A DNA stretch of 62,919 nucleotides, counting the filler, from Globobulimina sp. (lineage: Eukaryota), in the NCBI GenBank assembly GCA_003354225.1. It is 30 parts of 30 records of this genome, joined end to end, with 100 filler letters (N's around TTAATTAATTAA, not from the genome) between each part and the next. Parts side by side here need not be neighbours in the genome. Positions count along the whole stretch, not along the records: positions 23,119 to 25,119 come from PIVH01009851.1; positions 25,220 to 27,220 come from PIVH01009852.1; positions 27,321 to 29,321 come from PIVH01009853.1; positions 29,422 to 31,422 come from PIVH01009854.1; positions 31,523 to 33,523 come from PIVH01009855.1; positions 33,624 to 35,623 come from PIVH01009856.1; 24 more parts are not named here. One strand, 5' to 3'. Below are positions 23,212-34,963 of the stretch, in pieces. The position numbers were made by a program, and so were the translations under genes. The notes beneath the pieces are model-generated. The model worked only from the letters and a program-made list of their open reading frames with translations. It made no database searches and was not told the DNA's origin. The first letter of the stretch is position 1, and each line of letters starts with the position of its first letter.

Positions 23212-23799
23212 TTATGGCATGGCAGCGGTTGACGAATTCGAATCTGTTGTCTCTGACTCTGCATTGACTCTGTTTCCCTGTCCATTTAATATACGTACTG
23301 CTTTTTTTGCATCTTCCAACGTTAATCCGTATTTCCGCTCCACTTTCACAAAATGGCCAGCCATTATTTGTTGGCAGTGCTCATTGCCTTTATCCAAATT
23401 CATATCATCCAACACAACCCATGATTGTACTTGAAACCTTTTATTTAGCCTTTTCTCATTCACTTTAAAATATTGATCAATTTCAACGGCTCTTTTGCTT
23501 CGATGCAAAGTCGGAGTCACTCCAATCACCAAACTATTGATGCTATCAATATCCAGATAAGATTTCAATGTGTTTAGCAATAATTTTCTTGACTCTCTAC
23601 GTTTCCTCCAATTCGATGACAATACAATTTTGGACTCATATTCTGTGTTTGTTAGAATATACTTCAAATATTTCAAATGAATGTTTCCAATGGCGTTGGA
23701 TGGCAGTGTTTCGGAGGAATTGAGAACCCCATCAACATCCAAAAATATAATACATATTGGAAGCGGAGCAATTGTGGGGGGCGCAAAGGAACAACCCAT
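23212..23799 (-). CDS. HAD-superfamily protein (HAD_SAK_2-like)
   Basis: IIFLDVDGVLN, IVLSSNWR, GVTP, RAVEI, WVVLDD, GLT. Confidence 0.85.
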   Translation of the reverse strand: MGCSFAPPTIAPLPICIIFLDVDGVLNSSETLPSNAIGNIHLKYLKYILTNTEYESKIVLSSNWRKRRESRKLLLNTLKSYLDIDSINSLVIGVTPTLHRSKRAVEIDQYFKVNEKRLNKRFQVQSWVVLDDMNLDKGNEHCQQIMAGHFVKVERKYGLTLEDAKKAVRILNGQGNRVNAESETTDSNSSTAAMP

Positions 23800-24084
23800 T
23801 ATTATTAAATTAGCGTGTCAGAAGCAACAATTTTTAGTTGAAAAACATTAGTAATAACTATGATGTAGATTGTAGATGATAATTTCCTTTCATTTTACCT
23901 TCACAGAAACGTCTGTTTGCAATCGGACATTGTATACAATTGTTATTCGTTTAACGTTGAATGAGTTTCCCATCGCTCTTAAATTTAAATAGAGAGAAAA
24001 AAGAAACAAAAAGAAGAACCAAACCAAACCACAATAAAAATAAAATAGCCACACAAAAGCATACAAAGTCATATAATAAGTCGA

Positions 24085-25119
24085 TCATAATACTGATTGT
24101 TGCATATTTGCATCTTCATCATCGTCATCTTCGTCATCTTCGTCATCCTCAAACTGGTCATCATCGACGTTGGCATCTTGATATTGTTGATACTCCGATA
24201 CTAAGTCATTCATATTTGACTCCGCTTCGGTAAATTCCATTTCGTCCATTCCTTCGCCAGTATACCAATGCAAAAATGCCTTCCGTCGAAACATAGCCGC
24301 AAACTGTTCGCCAACTCTTCGAAATATGTCTTGAATGGAAGTAGTATTCCCAACAAAAGTAGCACTCATTTGTAACCCTTTCGGAGGTATATCACAAACG
24401 GATGATTTAATATTATTTGGTATCCATTCCACAAAATATGCCGCATTCTTATTCGATACATTCAACATTTGCTCGTCGATTTCTTTCGTACTCATTCTTC
24501 CGCGAAACATGGCAGCCGCAGTTAAGTAGCGGCCATGACGCGGGTCACTGGCACACATCATATTTTTTGAGGAAAACATTTGTTGCACCAACTCTGAGAC
24601 TGACAATTGACGGTAATCTTGCGCGCCATGCGAGGTTAACGGAGCAAAGCCACACATAAAGAAACTGTTTTTGTAATACAATGTGTATACATTTGTATGT
24701 AATTTGCAAATTAAGCCAAACATACAAAAAACACCAAACTGTAATCTTGGAAACGGTACTAAGTTAACTGCTAATTTGCGCAAATCGGCGTTTAACTGAC
24801 CAGGGAATCGTAAACAGCACGTAATGCCACTCATAGTCGCAGAGACTAAATGGTTCAAATCACCATAAGTTGGTGTGCTTAATTTTAAAGTTCGAAAGCA
24901 AATATCATACAAAGCCTCATTGTCAATCACCATCACTTCATCCACATTCTCCACCAATTGGTGCACAGAAAGGGTGGCGTTGTATGGCTCGACCACTGTA
25001 TCAGATACTTTTGGCGATGGAAACACCGAAAAAGTGCACATCATTCGATCCGGATATTCTTCGCGAATCTTACTGATCAATAAAGTGCCCATACCAGAGC
25101 CTGTACCGCCGCCCAACGA
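24085..25119 (-). CDS. TUBB: Beta-tubulin, 5' truncated; intron 24665-24739
   Basis: [57 protein letters not shown]; splicing restores FPRLHFFM. Confidence 0.98.
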   Translation of the reverse strand, partial: SLGGGTGSGMGTLLISKIREEYPDRMMCTFSVFPSPKVSDTVVEPYNATLSVHQLVENVDEVMVIDNEALYDICFRTLKLSTPTYGDLNHLVSATMSGITCCLRFPGQLNADLRKLAVNLVPFPRLQFGVFCMFGLICKLHTNVYTLYYKNSFFMCGFAPLTSHGAQDYRQLSVSELVQQMFSSKNMMCASDPRHGRYLTAAAMFRGRMSTKEIDEQMLNVSNKNAAYFVEWIPNNIKSSVCDIPPKGLQMSATFVGNTTSIQDIFRRVGEQFAAMFRRKAFLHWYTGEGMDEMEFTEAESNMNDLVSEYQQYQDANVDDDQFEDDEDDEDDDDEDANMQQSVL

Positions 25120-25299
25120 NNNNNNNNNNNNNNNNNNNNNNNNNNNNNNNNNNNNNNNNNNNNTTAATTAATTAANNNNNNNNNNNNNNNNNNNNNNNNN
25201 NNNNNNNNNNNNNNNNNNNGGTTTTTAACAAACACAGCTGCATTTATTTACAATATGACATTAATATCAACCGAAAAACCTTACTTTGGACTGTGAAGC

Positions 25300-26914
25300 A
25301 TGACGTCCTTTATCTTTGCCACTAGAATCGATAATGGAACTGTATTCTTAATGGCTGGTTTATTACTACTCATTTTTATACCAACATCAATTTTTTTTGG
25401 CTATCAAATGTTTAAAAGAAGAAGTAATATCACAGTGAATAAGCGGTATCCAACCATAACATTTTACACTGCAATTTGTTTTTCTTTACGATTAATTATC
25501 TCTGCAATTATATTAATCTTACTTGTCACAGATACTATTGATGTCACATCTGATGCCTATACATTTTTGTTAGCATTTGATAACATGTTTTTATATTTAT
25601 TTTTAATTTTATTATTATGGCGAATGTGGAACATTAATTATGATTTGCAATGGATTAATAAATCAGTTTCCAATGAACAATGGAGATCTATCATATCTGC
25701 ACACGATGAATCTGTCATTGCTATCGGACATAAACTCTCATTTTATTTAAAATATAATTCAACATTTGGTGCCTCTGCATTTTGTGGAAAGCTCTTCATT
25801 CCAATCTTATTTACAATATATTTCGTCTTTGTCAATATACCAATAATAATATCCGATGATTTTACAAATGATGAAAGTGTTTCTGCATTGTTCTCGCGTT
25901 TACCATTTATAATCACATTTTCATTGTTAATTATTGTATTTATAATTACTCCCAAAACAGTTGCAGGAAAAACGGATGCTTTCTATATTGTATCTGAGTT
26001 AAAAATACTTTTTATCTTTTATATATTGATTGTAATCATAGCAATAACTGGTTTGGTTTATGGTCGTTTTTTGTATGAACCAATTGAGGATCAAAGCCGT
26101 TATATTTATCTTTTAATTGAAGAATCATTATATTTTGCATTGGAATGGCTGATTGTGATGTTTTCTACGGTTTATGTGTTGGGCAAAACTGGTGAAATCA
26201 TGGCAAAATATCATGTTTCCAGATATCGCGGACAGACTGAGACAAAAATGATTAATATGGACAAGAAAGTGGTTACGCAGTTATTTCAAGCTTTGCAGAA
26301 AGAGGACATATTTGATGCGTTTTTAAATCATTTAGCTGCCGAGTTTTCTGTTAAGTTTTTGAATATTAATTTTATAATTTTATAGTGACTGTTAATAATA
26401 CAAACATTTATAGTTACAAACATTATTGGCATTGATTGAGTTTTTACAGTTTCAACGTTATTGTCACAAATATTTTATTAAGAATCCCATTGCGTATCAA
26501 ACATTATTGCCAGAGAACGAGAGCTTGTCATTGGAATCGGATCGGATCAGATTACCGCAAGATTTGCCACAGTCTGATATTGTATTTTTAAATTTTGACA
26601 GTGAGATTACATTGGATTTACAGGATTTCTTCGTTCGAACACAAAGTAAATCATATAGTTTATATGAGAAATATATTGCACCGGGATGTGTGTTACCTGT
26701 TCCATTTTCAGATACAACGAGACAAAAATATATCGATAAGATGAAGGATTTAAATGTTTGGTTATATGAAGTGGAGGAAGTTAAGAATTTATATGATATG
26801 ATGCATTTTTTGGATAGTTCAATCAAGGATATTTATCAATTATTATCGGCCTCATATTCTACGTTTCATAGTAAGGCGGATGCTGATATGCTTGAATTGT
26901 TGTGTGAGATATAA
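25300..26914 (+). CDS. 7TM-RGS protein; intron 26350-26413
   Basis: About seven TM helices, then FDAFLNHLAAEFS/LQTLLALIEF...LYEKYI RGS-like domain. Confidence 0.75.
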
Positions 26915-27624
26915 TACATTCTTCAATTTGAGGATGTCTTCTATGTATAGCTTTTTTAGAATTTATATCCTTGCACATTTGTACGAGTTCATTCTGGATT
27001 TCCGGAAATCGGATAGAACTTATTATTTACTTTTCGTGACTCAGATATTTTTTCGTGAATTATTGGTTTGTCATGATATTGTCGTGATTTCAGATTTTTT
27101 TCCCTCTCTCGTGACTATCCTATTTCTGATCGAAAATCCAGAGTTAACTACTCGCAAAAAAAAAAGAGCAAAAAAACAAAAACGGATCGAGATACACAAC
27201 TACTCCCAAATTAAAACGGANNNNNNNNNNNNNNNNNNNNNNNNNNNNNNNNNNNNNNNNNNNNTTAATTAATTAANNNNNNNNNNNNNNNNNNNNNNNN
27301 NNNNNNNNNNNNNNNNNNNNATGTATGTTAATATATATGGACATACCATGGATAGAATAGAATAAAAAACGGCCATAATACCATAGTAACCAAACTAATC
27401 ACAAATCCAGCACATAATGAATACGATACAGTTTTGTCGTCATCGAAGGTAATCTTCATATGGTCCGTATCGCCGTCCAATCCTAATTCTGTTAAATCAT
27501 TGGCCAATAACTTCTCGCCTCCCTCGAATGTCTCTCCTTTTGCTCCTTTGGCTCTTTGAAGGTTGACTTTTTGTGCCATTATTTGAAAACTGTTTTATTT
27601 TTAAAGTATATTTTTTTATGTTTG

Positions 27625-28539
27625 ATGATGGCATCAGTGGAAATACAGATGTTAATCGTTCATGGGTTCATTAAGGAGCATTTTAATATAACGTTTCCAG
27701 AGGTATTGGCACAAATAATTATTTTATTTTTTGACCAATACCATCGGATCTATGCGGAAGGTGCCTTATTAAAACAGTTATTACCAACAAAGTTTATGTT
27801 TAAACGATATACCAAACCAATTGGCAGAGATTTCGAGGTGAAAGAAATCTTATTTCGAATGGAAGTCTATCAAAATCTTTCCGCAAAGAAAGTGGATTTT
27901 ACGGTCACTATTAAATCGTATCAATCACATACTATTTCTCGATTGACTTTTTTATTGCAATTATATTGTCCTCAAACACAGACAAGGCACCATAAGGTGG
28001 TAACAGTTGAAAATAATGTGATTGATAGTGTATTTGGGTGGGATTCAGAATATTTACCGTACGCTTCTTATTTTCAGTTGTTTGATACATTGCAGTTTTG
28101 CTGCTTTGTAGATATATTTAGAATCACATACACAAAGAGAGCCATACATGATTATATTAAACCAATTTCAACACAAAAACACTTTACTCATAAAATTGTT
28201 GTCGACGGAGAAATATTAGATTCATTACATAATCACAATCGACAAATATTCTATTCAGAAACATTTGGAACTTGTAACAATTGGTATATTCAAGGAAGGG
28301 TAAAATATTCAAGCGAGGTTGGTGGTACATTACATTTGAAATTAAGACTATTATATCATCCAAGTTCTGCCGTACATTACGAGTACGATTTGGATGAAAT
28401 ACATGGTAATTATAGCAGCCATCAATATGGAACGGGTTTCAATGTTACTAAATTTGTGTTTGACCAAACTGATTTCAAATATACGCTAAACGAAAATAAT
28501 CCATCATTACAGTTGAAAGTAACCCTCAAGCTCAAATAA
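27625..28539 (+). CDS. Hypothetical protein, MATH-like beta-rich family
   Basis: LIVHGFIKE...FPEVLAQIIILFF leader; FYSETF...WYI segments. Confidence 0.5.
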   Translation: MMASVEIQMLIVHGFIKEHFNITFPEVLAQIIILFFDQYHRIYAEGALLKQLLPTKFMFKRYTKPIGRDFEVKEILFRMEVYQNLSAKKVDFTVTIKSYQSHTISRLTFLLQLYCPQTQTRHHKVVTVENNVIDSVFGWDSEYLPYASYFQLFDTLQFCCFVDIFRITYTKRAIHDYIKPISTQKHFTHKIVVDGEILDSLHNHNRQIFYSETFGTCNNWYIQGRVKYSSEVGGTLHLKLRLLYHPSSAVHYEYDLDEIHGNYSSHQYGTGFNVTKFVFDQTDFKYTLNENNPSLQLKVTLKLK

Positions 28540-28607
28540 CGTTTTCTTGAAATTCCTGATAAAAAATAAGATTTTCAAGCTGACCTTGGTTGTTTTCAGT
28601 TTGCATC

Positions 28608-29321
28608 ATGTCCAATAAATACACCTACAACAGCAACCAAAACCACAGCGCGTCGTCCGCTCATTCACGCGCAGCGACCTACGCCAAACAAAAACAGCCA
28701 GCGTACAAAAAAAAGCAAACGCCCAGCTCCCATTCCTCGTCCAATTCAGTAGCCACTACGTCCAACGCCACCTTGAATGACATCGAGACCACGCGGTCCG
28801 ATATGCGCGACATCCTATGGCAAAACGCAGAGCTCCTGCAATCAGACCCCAATTACCGTAAAAAAGTGTGGCGTTATATGAGCAAAGTGTTTTACGGCAA
28901 CCACAGCTCCAACATCCAGTACAACTTCGACCATTTCAGGAAATTCCAATTGCCCGCCACCGCCAACACGTACTTCGCGCAGCAAAAGCAAAACAAAAAC
29001 AAACTCAACGTGTTATTAGACAAACAAAAGGGAAACAAAAACAAGGACTTCAACATCATGACGGGCAGCAAATTGAAGCTCTTATTAGACCGCGAGGAGA
29101 CGTACAGTGACTTCCTCATCAATTCCAACCCGAATCAGGTGATTTTAATGAACAAAGTACGGCCCAAAATGGAGAGCATTTTGTCCGCCTACGCCTGCGC
29201 CAACGACAACAAATTCGGGCTGTCGGGCGCCGTGCAATTATGCGCCGTGATTTTGACCACTTTCAGCGTGGACGGCAGCAACGAGGCGCACAGCAACAGC
29301 GACTGCCAGGACACCTTTTTT
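28608..29321 (+). CDS. Hypothetical protein, truncated
   Basis: Long ORF with C-ending codon bias unlike the upstream gene. Confidence 0.55.
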
Positions 29322-29421
29322 NNNNNNNNNNNNNNNNNNNNNNNNNNNNNNNNNNNNNNNNNNNNTTAATTAATTAANNNNNNNNNNNNNNNNNNNNNNN
29401 NNNNNNNNNNNNNNNNNNNNN

Positions 29422-30554
29422 AAACAAGCACGGCATCGAGCCGACCAAACCTCAGGATTGGCAAATTGCAAAAGGTGACGTAGTAGAAGTAATTCGCGGT
29501 CGCGATGAAGGCAAACAAGGCAAAGTATTACGTGTATACCGTCGCGGCGAGTCCGCAGCCATTGAGGGTATAAATTTGCGCTTGCACAAAACCAAGGGGT
29601 CAGCGGGTGAAATCGTGACTGAATTCCGTGCCTCGAAGATGTTAGTTAAGAACCTTGCGTTGGTCGACCAAGACACCAATTTGCCGACCAGAATAGAATG
29701 GAAATATCAACAAACTGCCATTGACACAGAACGGTATCAACGGGTACGACAAAGTATTGTCAGTGGTGAGATTATCGGTAAACCCAAAGAAGGCAAACCA
29801 AAGAGAAAAATCCGGGAAGTGCATCCGGATAAAGATACGCCGACACGCCTCGCCAATGTGCGAACTTGGGTCGGTCCCTGGGAGTTCTTTACAGACGAAC
29901 AGAAGGAATACATTATTGAGGACAGTAAGGAGAAAATAGATTTGCCCAATTTGCAGAGTAAACTGCCGGAGTTGATGTATAATAATGTTGAGGAAGTTAT
30001 GTACTGTACATGTTTCATAGTGTTTGTTGTTTGCTTTTGAATTTGTTTTCATTGTTAGTGAAGTAAATGTTTTTTTACTTTGCTTGACTCAAAATGTGTG
30101 CATGTTTGTTGAAATTTATATAAAGGTTCAGGAATATCTTCGCATGTTACCGTATTGTCCACATACTTTTTTCAAGCCTGGTAATTGTGCGCCACATTTA
30201 TATGAAAAAGCGTTTATTGCCAAATGGAGTAATCGGAGATTAAAAAAGGAATTGAAATTGGAAGATGGAAAGAGGGATATTGATAGAGAGGATTTGAAAC
30301 AACAATTGGAGACTTATGATAGGTCAACGTTCCCGATTTATTTGACAAAGAAAATCGACCCCGATCATCATTGGCCGAGAGTTAAACCAGCCATTGATCC
30401 AAAATTTAAACAGTTTCATAAATATTTGAGACAGTATAGTGATGAGGATGAGGTTATGAAATTGTTGGATGATGAGTTTGGAGATGAAAGGGATGACCAT
30501 CAGGAGCTGGATGAGGAGGAAGAGTTTGAGGATCAGGAGGTGAAAGATCAATGA
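29422..30554 (+). CDS. MRPL24: Mitochondrial ribosomal protein uL24m, 5' truncated; intron 29996-30125
   Basis: KOW motif WQIAKGDVVEVIRGRDEGKQGKV, EGINL, RVRQSIVSGEII, DKDTP; long C-terminal extension. Confidence 0.85.
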
Positions 30555-30939
30555 TTATATTGACATTGCCAATGACTTTGACTTGTCTTGAAAACGTTTG
30601 TAAAACAACACTCACCGATAGTCGAGATTTGTAACCGATTTCCCGATTTATAATGTGGCGCACAATTATTTTGTGCGCCACATTTGTATGATAAATATTA
30701 TAAATTATTTTGTCGGGAAAACTGTTTTTTGGTCCAAAACAAAAACAGCTAAAATTCGTGTAATCTGATGGAAACCTTTTATTTTTATAGTAGAAACACT
30801 TTTTATTTTGACTAATATAATATTCATACTCATAATTGATGATGGTGAATACTCATAATATGATCTGATAACTCATAATTAACATTTATTTGTCCAATTT
30901 TCTCCACTCACAACACCTGAACAAATCCGAATTAAACTA

Positions 30940-31422
30940 ATGAATATCGACCCAATTCCATTGCCACAATCGCCGCTTGCAAAAGAAAGGAGAAAGCGAA
31001 AATACGATCAAATGGAAGCAGAAGAAATATTTGATTTAAACGATCAAATTGAGCCTCCAACAAAACGTAGAAAATTAGACATTAATTTATCAAAATTACC
31101 AACATTAACTGCCTTATCACAAACAAAAGATTTGAGTGATATTACATTTCAAGTTGGAAATAAACAATTCTTTGGTTTAAAAGCAATATTTGCCATAAAA
31201 TCAACAGTATTCTGCACTTTGTTACTCCCACCCCAAGGGGCACCAATTGGATGTATTCAAATCAATGATATTCTATCTGATGCATTTCAATTTATTCGCG
31301 ATTCTTTTTATGATTTAAGTCCCCAATTAACATTAAAAAATGTAATCTGTGTATTAAATGCAGCAAAAATTTATAAACTTGATGTTATTCAACATGAATG
31401 TGAAGAATATTTAAATACAATT
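30940..31422 (+). CDS. BTB/POZ-domain protein, truncated
   Basis: SDITFQVGNKQFFGLKAIFAIKSTVF...NVICVLNAAKIY. Confidence 0.85.
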
Positions 31423-31580
31423 NNNNNNNNNNNNNNNNNNNNNNNNNNNNNNNNNNNNNNNNNNNNTTAATTAATTAANNNNNNNNNNNNNNNNNNNNNN
31501 NNNNNNNNNNNNNNNNNNNNNNATTTTCGCATTTAATAACCCAGAAAGCACCATCTTTAATCGACAGTTGTATCAATAAC

Positions 31581-32909
31581 ATGTTACAACGTTGGAAAAG
31601 CCCGCAATGCGAATGTGATCAACGCCATTCATGTAAAGATATTGCAGGTGGCATTTTGGACATTATTGTCTTACAAAAATATGATGTAATATGCCCAAAC
31701 GGTTACGCTTTTTTTGCAGCACACAATAAAACTACATACTTATCACTACTTCGCTTATTATGTGACATCATCACAAAATTAAATAATGGAAGATGTGCAT
31801 TGAAAGACAAAACATTGATGATTGAAATATTGAAGTGTTGCAAGAAGATAATAAATAAAACAATGTATCCCAATCTGAAGAACAAATCGATAATATATTT
31901 AATGTGTGGCTTAGTTTCCATTTTATGCAAACATTTGAAAGACGAAGGGAGATTTTGGCGGCAAATGCTGGGAATGATGACGCAGTTTGAATTACATTTT
32001 TGTGCGGATATATTTTGCATTATGTTGGAATGTTATCCGTCGCAGATATGTGCGCATAAAGACGCCTTTGTTATGAACTGTTTTAAGTATATATTTCTGT
32101 CGCATTCACAGCCGATTTTAAGCAATAATAATATAACGAATGCTGACCTAATTAAAGTAAAGCAATGTTACCAGCGACTGAGCAATGTTGTAAATGGAAA
32201 ATGGAATTATATATTGTCCTCATCGCGCGATGACATTCTGGTGACACAGTTAAATGAGTACATATCGAATGGGTATTTGGATGATGATAAGTCCGGCGAT
32301 ACTTTCAATGGAATAACCATGATTTGTGGCTGTGACATTCGTTATGCAATCAATCATTTCTTACCAAATATATTATATCCGATATTGTATAAACAATTTG
32401 AACATAATAATAAGAATAATAATAATGCCAACTCGCAGTGTGTGGTGTTTTTAGTGGATTTATATTTTTCATGTATTAACCGAGTGTATAAACGACTGAA
32501 AAAATGTAATCCATCCCAAAAATCACAATGTGATGCGATTCGAAATGATATTTCGTTGATCATGGAGTCTGTATTGATATTATCCATCCATGTCAATAAT
32601 AATAACAATACAGCTGTGCCAATTGCGATTACTCTTTGTTGTTTGAACAATTTGTTTAAAATCAAAAAGAATGAGTATATCGAAGATATTTTGTTTTCAA
32701 ATGTTCATTGCGATCAACAATTATTGACATTTGTTACCAAGCTATGTTCGGAATGGACGCGGAGAATAAGGAATGATTTAACGGTGCAATCGGATACACA
32801 TCGAGAACAATGTTTTTTTAATGCATTTCTGAGGATCACAGCAAATGTTTTTAAACGCAAATCGTACAATATTGAAGCTTTTGAATCTTTAAAAACTCAA
32901 TATACCTAA
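31581..32909 (+). CDS. Hypothetical helical protein
   Basis: 442-aa ORF; no motif recognised. Confidence 0.55.
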   Translation: MLQRWKSPQCECDQRHSCKDIAGGILDIIVLQKYDVICPNGYAFFAAHNKTTYLSLLRLLCDIITKLNNGRCALKDKTLMIEILKCCKKIINKTMYPNLKNKSIIYLMCGLVSILCKHLKDEGRFWRQMLGMMTQFELHFCADIFCIMLECYPSQICAHKDAFVMNCFKYIFLSHSQPILSNNNITNADLIKVKQCYQRLSNVVNGKWNYILSSSRDDILVTQLNEYISNGYLDDDKSGDTFNGITMICGCDIRYAINHFLPNILYPILYKQFEHNNKNNNNANSQCVVFLVDLYFSCINRVYKRLKKCNPSQKSQCDAIRNDISLIMESVLILSIHVNNNNNTAVPIAITLCCLNNLFKIKKNEYIEDILFSNVHCDQQLLTFVTKLCSEWTRRIRNDLTVQSDTHREQCFFNAFLRITANVFKRKSYNIEAFESLKTQYT

Positions 32910-33002
32910 TTATAAATTGATGGCGTTGTGTTGTGTTTTTATATCTTGTAATCTGAGTCAAATGTTTTTGTACTACTTAAAGTTTTCTCCTTTCAACTCA
33001 AC

Positions 33003-33350
33003 ATGTTCCAAAACTATGCGTATGATGGCACACTAAAAGAGAAAGCAAAACAAAAACAAAAAGCTGAAAATGACACCGCAAATAAAACAGGAGCGGGATA
33101 TCATATCGATGAATTTGAGAATGTATTACAAAATCAAAAAAACATTATCAAGGCGACTCCGGATGATCGATACAACGCAGCAATAAGTTTAGGAGACCCA
33201 GACTCTGCAGATATTCGTATTGTAGGTTTAGGTCATAGTGGCTGCGGGAATTCATCATTAATGCTGCGGATATTTTACAATGAATACGATGATGAGCCTG
33301 AAGATAATGCCTTGTTACAATGGGAACAACACCAAATGCGGATATATTAC
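33003..33350 (+). CDS. Divergent small-GTPase-like protein, first exon
   Basis: IRIVGLGHSGCGNSSLMLRI resembles a G1 loop with K replaced by N; followed by GTATTT donor-like site. Confidence 0.5.
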
Positions 33351-33354
33351 GTAT

Positions 33355-33396
33355 TTGTCCGAGCGAAGCGAGGTGTTGTCCGAGCGAAGCGAGGTG
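33355..33396. repeat. 2 x 21-nt tandem repeat TTGTCCGAGCGAAGCGAGGTG
   Basis: Exact tandem duplication, GC-rich within AT-rich DNA. Confidence 0.95.
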
Positions 33397-33659
33397 AGTC
33401 TTTTGTATCTTTCAAACTTTCTAAACAAGAATAAAATAAAACATAACACGTATGAACCAAAAATTAAAATATAAAAATCCTAAAATAGGTTTTTATACTA
33501 ATTGTCAAAATCATTGTCGCTCANNNNNNNNNNNNNNNNNNNNNNNNNNNNNNNNNNNNNNNNNNNNTTAATTAATTAANNNNNNNNNNNNNNNNNNNNN
33601 NNNNNNNNNNNNNNNNNNNNNNNAAAAAAAAAGCTCTACGAAGCGTACTAAGAGTCATC

Positions 33660-33940
33660 ATGTTTTCGACCCGATTCAGCATGTTTCCTGTTTGTTTTTT
33701 GGTGCTTTGTATTGTAAATGGAAACTACAATGAAGAGATATCTGCATTGAATGATGACTTCAACAGAACCGAAAAATATCACATATTCAATGTGAATGCA
33801 AAATCGCTGCTTTCCGACAGTATCATTGAATTTGAAGCGTTTAATCAATATTACAAAATAAAATTAGCCGCAAACCAAAACTTTCCAATTGATACAAACC
33901 AACTAAAAAAAAAGTAGACACCGAAACATATAAATCATGG
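33660..33940 (+). CDS. Secreted protein exon 1, reprolysin (M12B) propeptide-like
   Basis: Signal peptide and IEFEAFNQYYKIKLAAN; stop right after an A9 run suggests a homopolymer error. Confidence 0.4.
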
Positions 33941-34063
33941 TACGTAACATATACAATATAAACTGTATAATAAATATTTAATAAATGAAAAACGAACAGT
34001 TATTATTTTGGCACAGTATTAAGAGAGGTGTCTCACTTTTCACTCTCAAACTACTTTTATCAC

Positions 34064-34879
34064 TTATTCCAAGCATTCAGTTCTCACATATTTTTTTGTC
34101 TGTCCATCTATTCCCATATTTTGAAAAAAGACAAAAAGACAAAGACAAAAAGACACTTTACATTCAAAATATAAATAAAGGGTAATTAAAAATAAAAACA
34201 CCTTGAGGACAATTACCGTAGATCCTGTTATTATATTTTTCCCATTATACTGAGTTACTGCTCTATCCATCCCATAGTCAGTGTGTGAAGTATAAAGATA
34301 ACTTCTATTTCCAAGAATATCCAGACAATTTTTAATTCCAGTGTTTAATTCCACAATTTTTAATAAATGATCACTGGACAATATACAAATTCCATTTTTT
34401 CTCCCTGTATGCTGAATTATATTCTTTTTCACAAATTCACAAAATTCATTAAGACTATCCAAATATTTATATTTCTCAATCAGTGATAGAAAATCAATGC
34501 AAAAAACATTTAATTGGTCAGCATGGCATTTCCATATTTTAATATATATATCAATACCATCATATGTTTTTCTCAATTCATAACAATATACTGCCATTTG
34601 TTCTGGAATATAATTGGTTTTGGTATCCGATTGAATCTCTATTCCAAACATGTTGATATACAATTGATATGCACCAGATTCACAATCGGATAAACCTTTT
34701 TGTTCTTCTTCAAGGTCCATTAACCAACGAGAATCTGTATGTTTCTGTTGTTGGCCTTTATAAAATAAAAATGCCACAGTTGAATCAACAAAACCTTTAA
34801 TCAATTTTTTATTTGCTTTTTTGTTTTTCTTTCGTCTCTTAAATGATGTACATTTTTCATTTTTGTAATGATGTAACAT
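34064..34879 (-). CDS. Hypothetical protein
   Basis: 271-aa ORF; the 3' part probably reads into an intron. Confidence 0.45.
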   Translation of the reverse strand: MLHHYKNEKCTSFKRRKKNKKANKKLIKGFVDSTVAFLFYKGQQQKHTDSRWLMDLEEEQKGLSDCESGAYQLYINMFGIEIQSDTKTNYIPEQMAVYCYELRKTYDGIDIYIKIWKCHADQLNVFCIDFLSLIEKYKYLDSLNEFCEFVKKNIIQHTGRKNGICILSSDHLLKIVELNTGIKNCLDILGNRSYLYTSHTDYGMDRAVTQYNGKNIITGSTVIVLKVFLFLITLYLYFECKVSFCLCLFVFFQNMGIDGQTKKYVRTECLE

Positions 34880-34903
34880 TCTTATAGGATAGGATAGTAT
34901 AGG

Positions 34904-34963
34904 AAAGATGTGAATGATGATGATAAATTTAGCAAAGATGTGAATGATGATGATAAATTTAGC
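34904..34963. repeat. 2 x 30-nt tandem repeat
   Basis: AAAGATGTGAATGATGATGATAAATTTAGC twice. Confidence 0.9.

Noticed and set aside
29996-30130. Target-site duplication at the uL24m intron
   Set aside because: Only about 3 nt shared (GTT), expected by chance at splice sites
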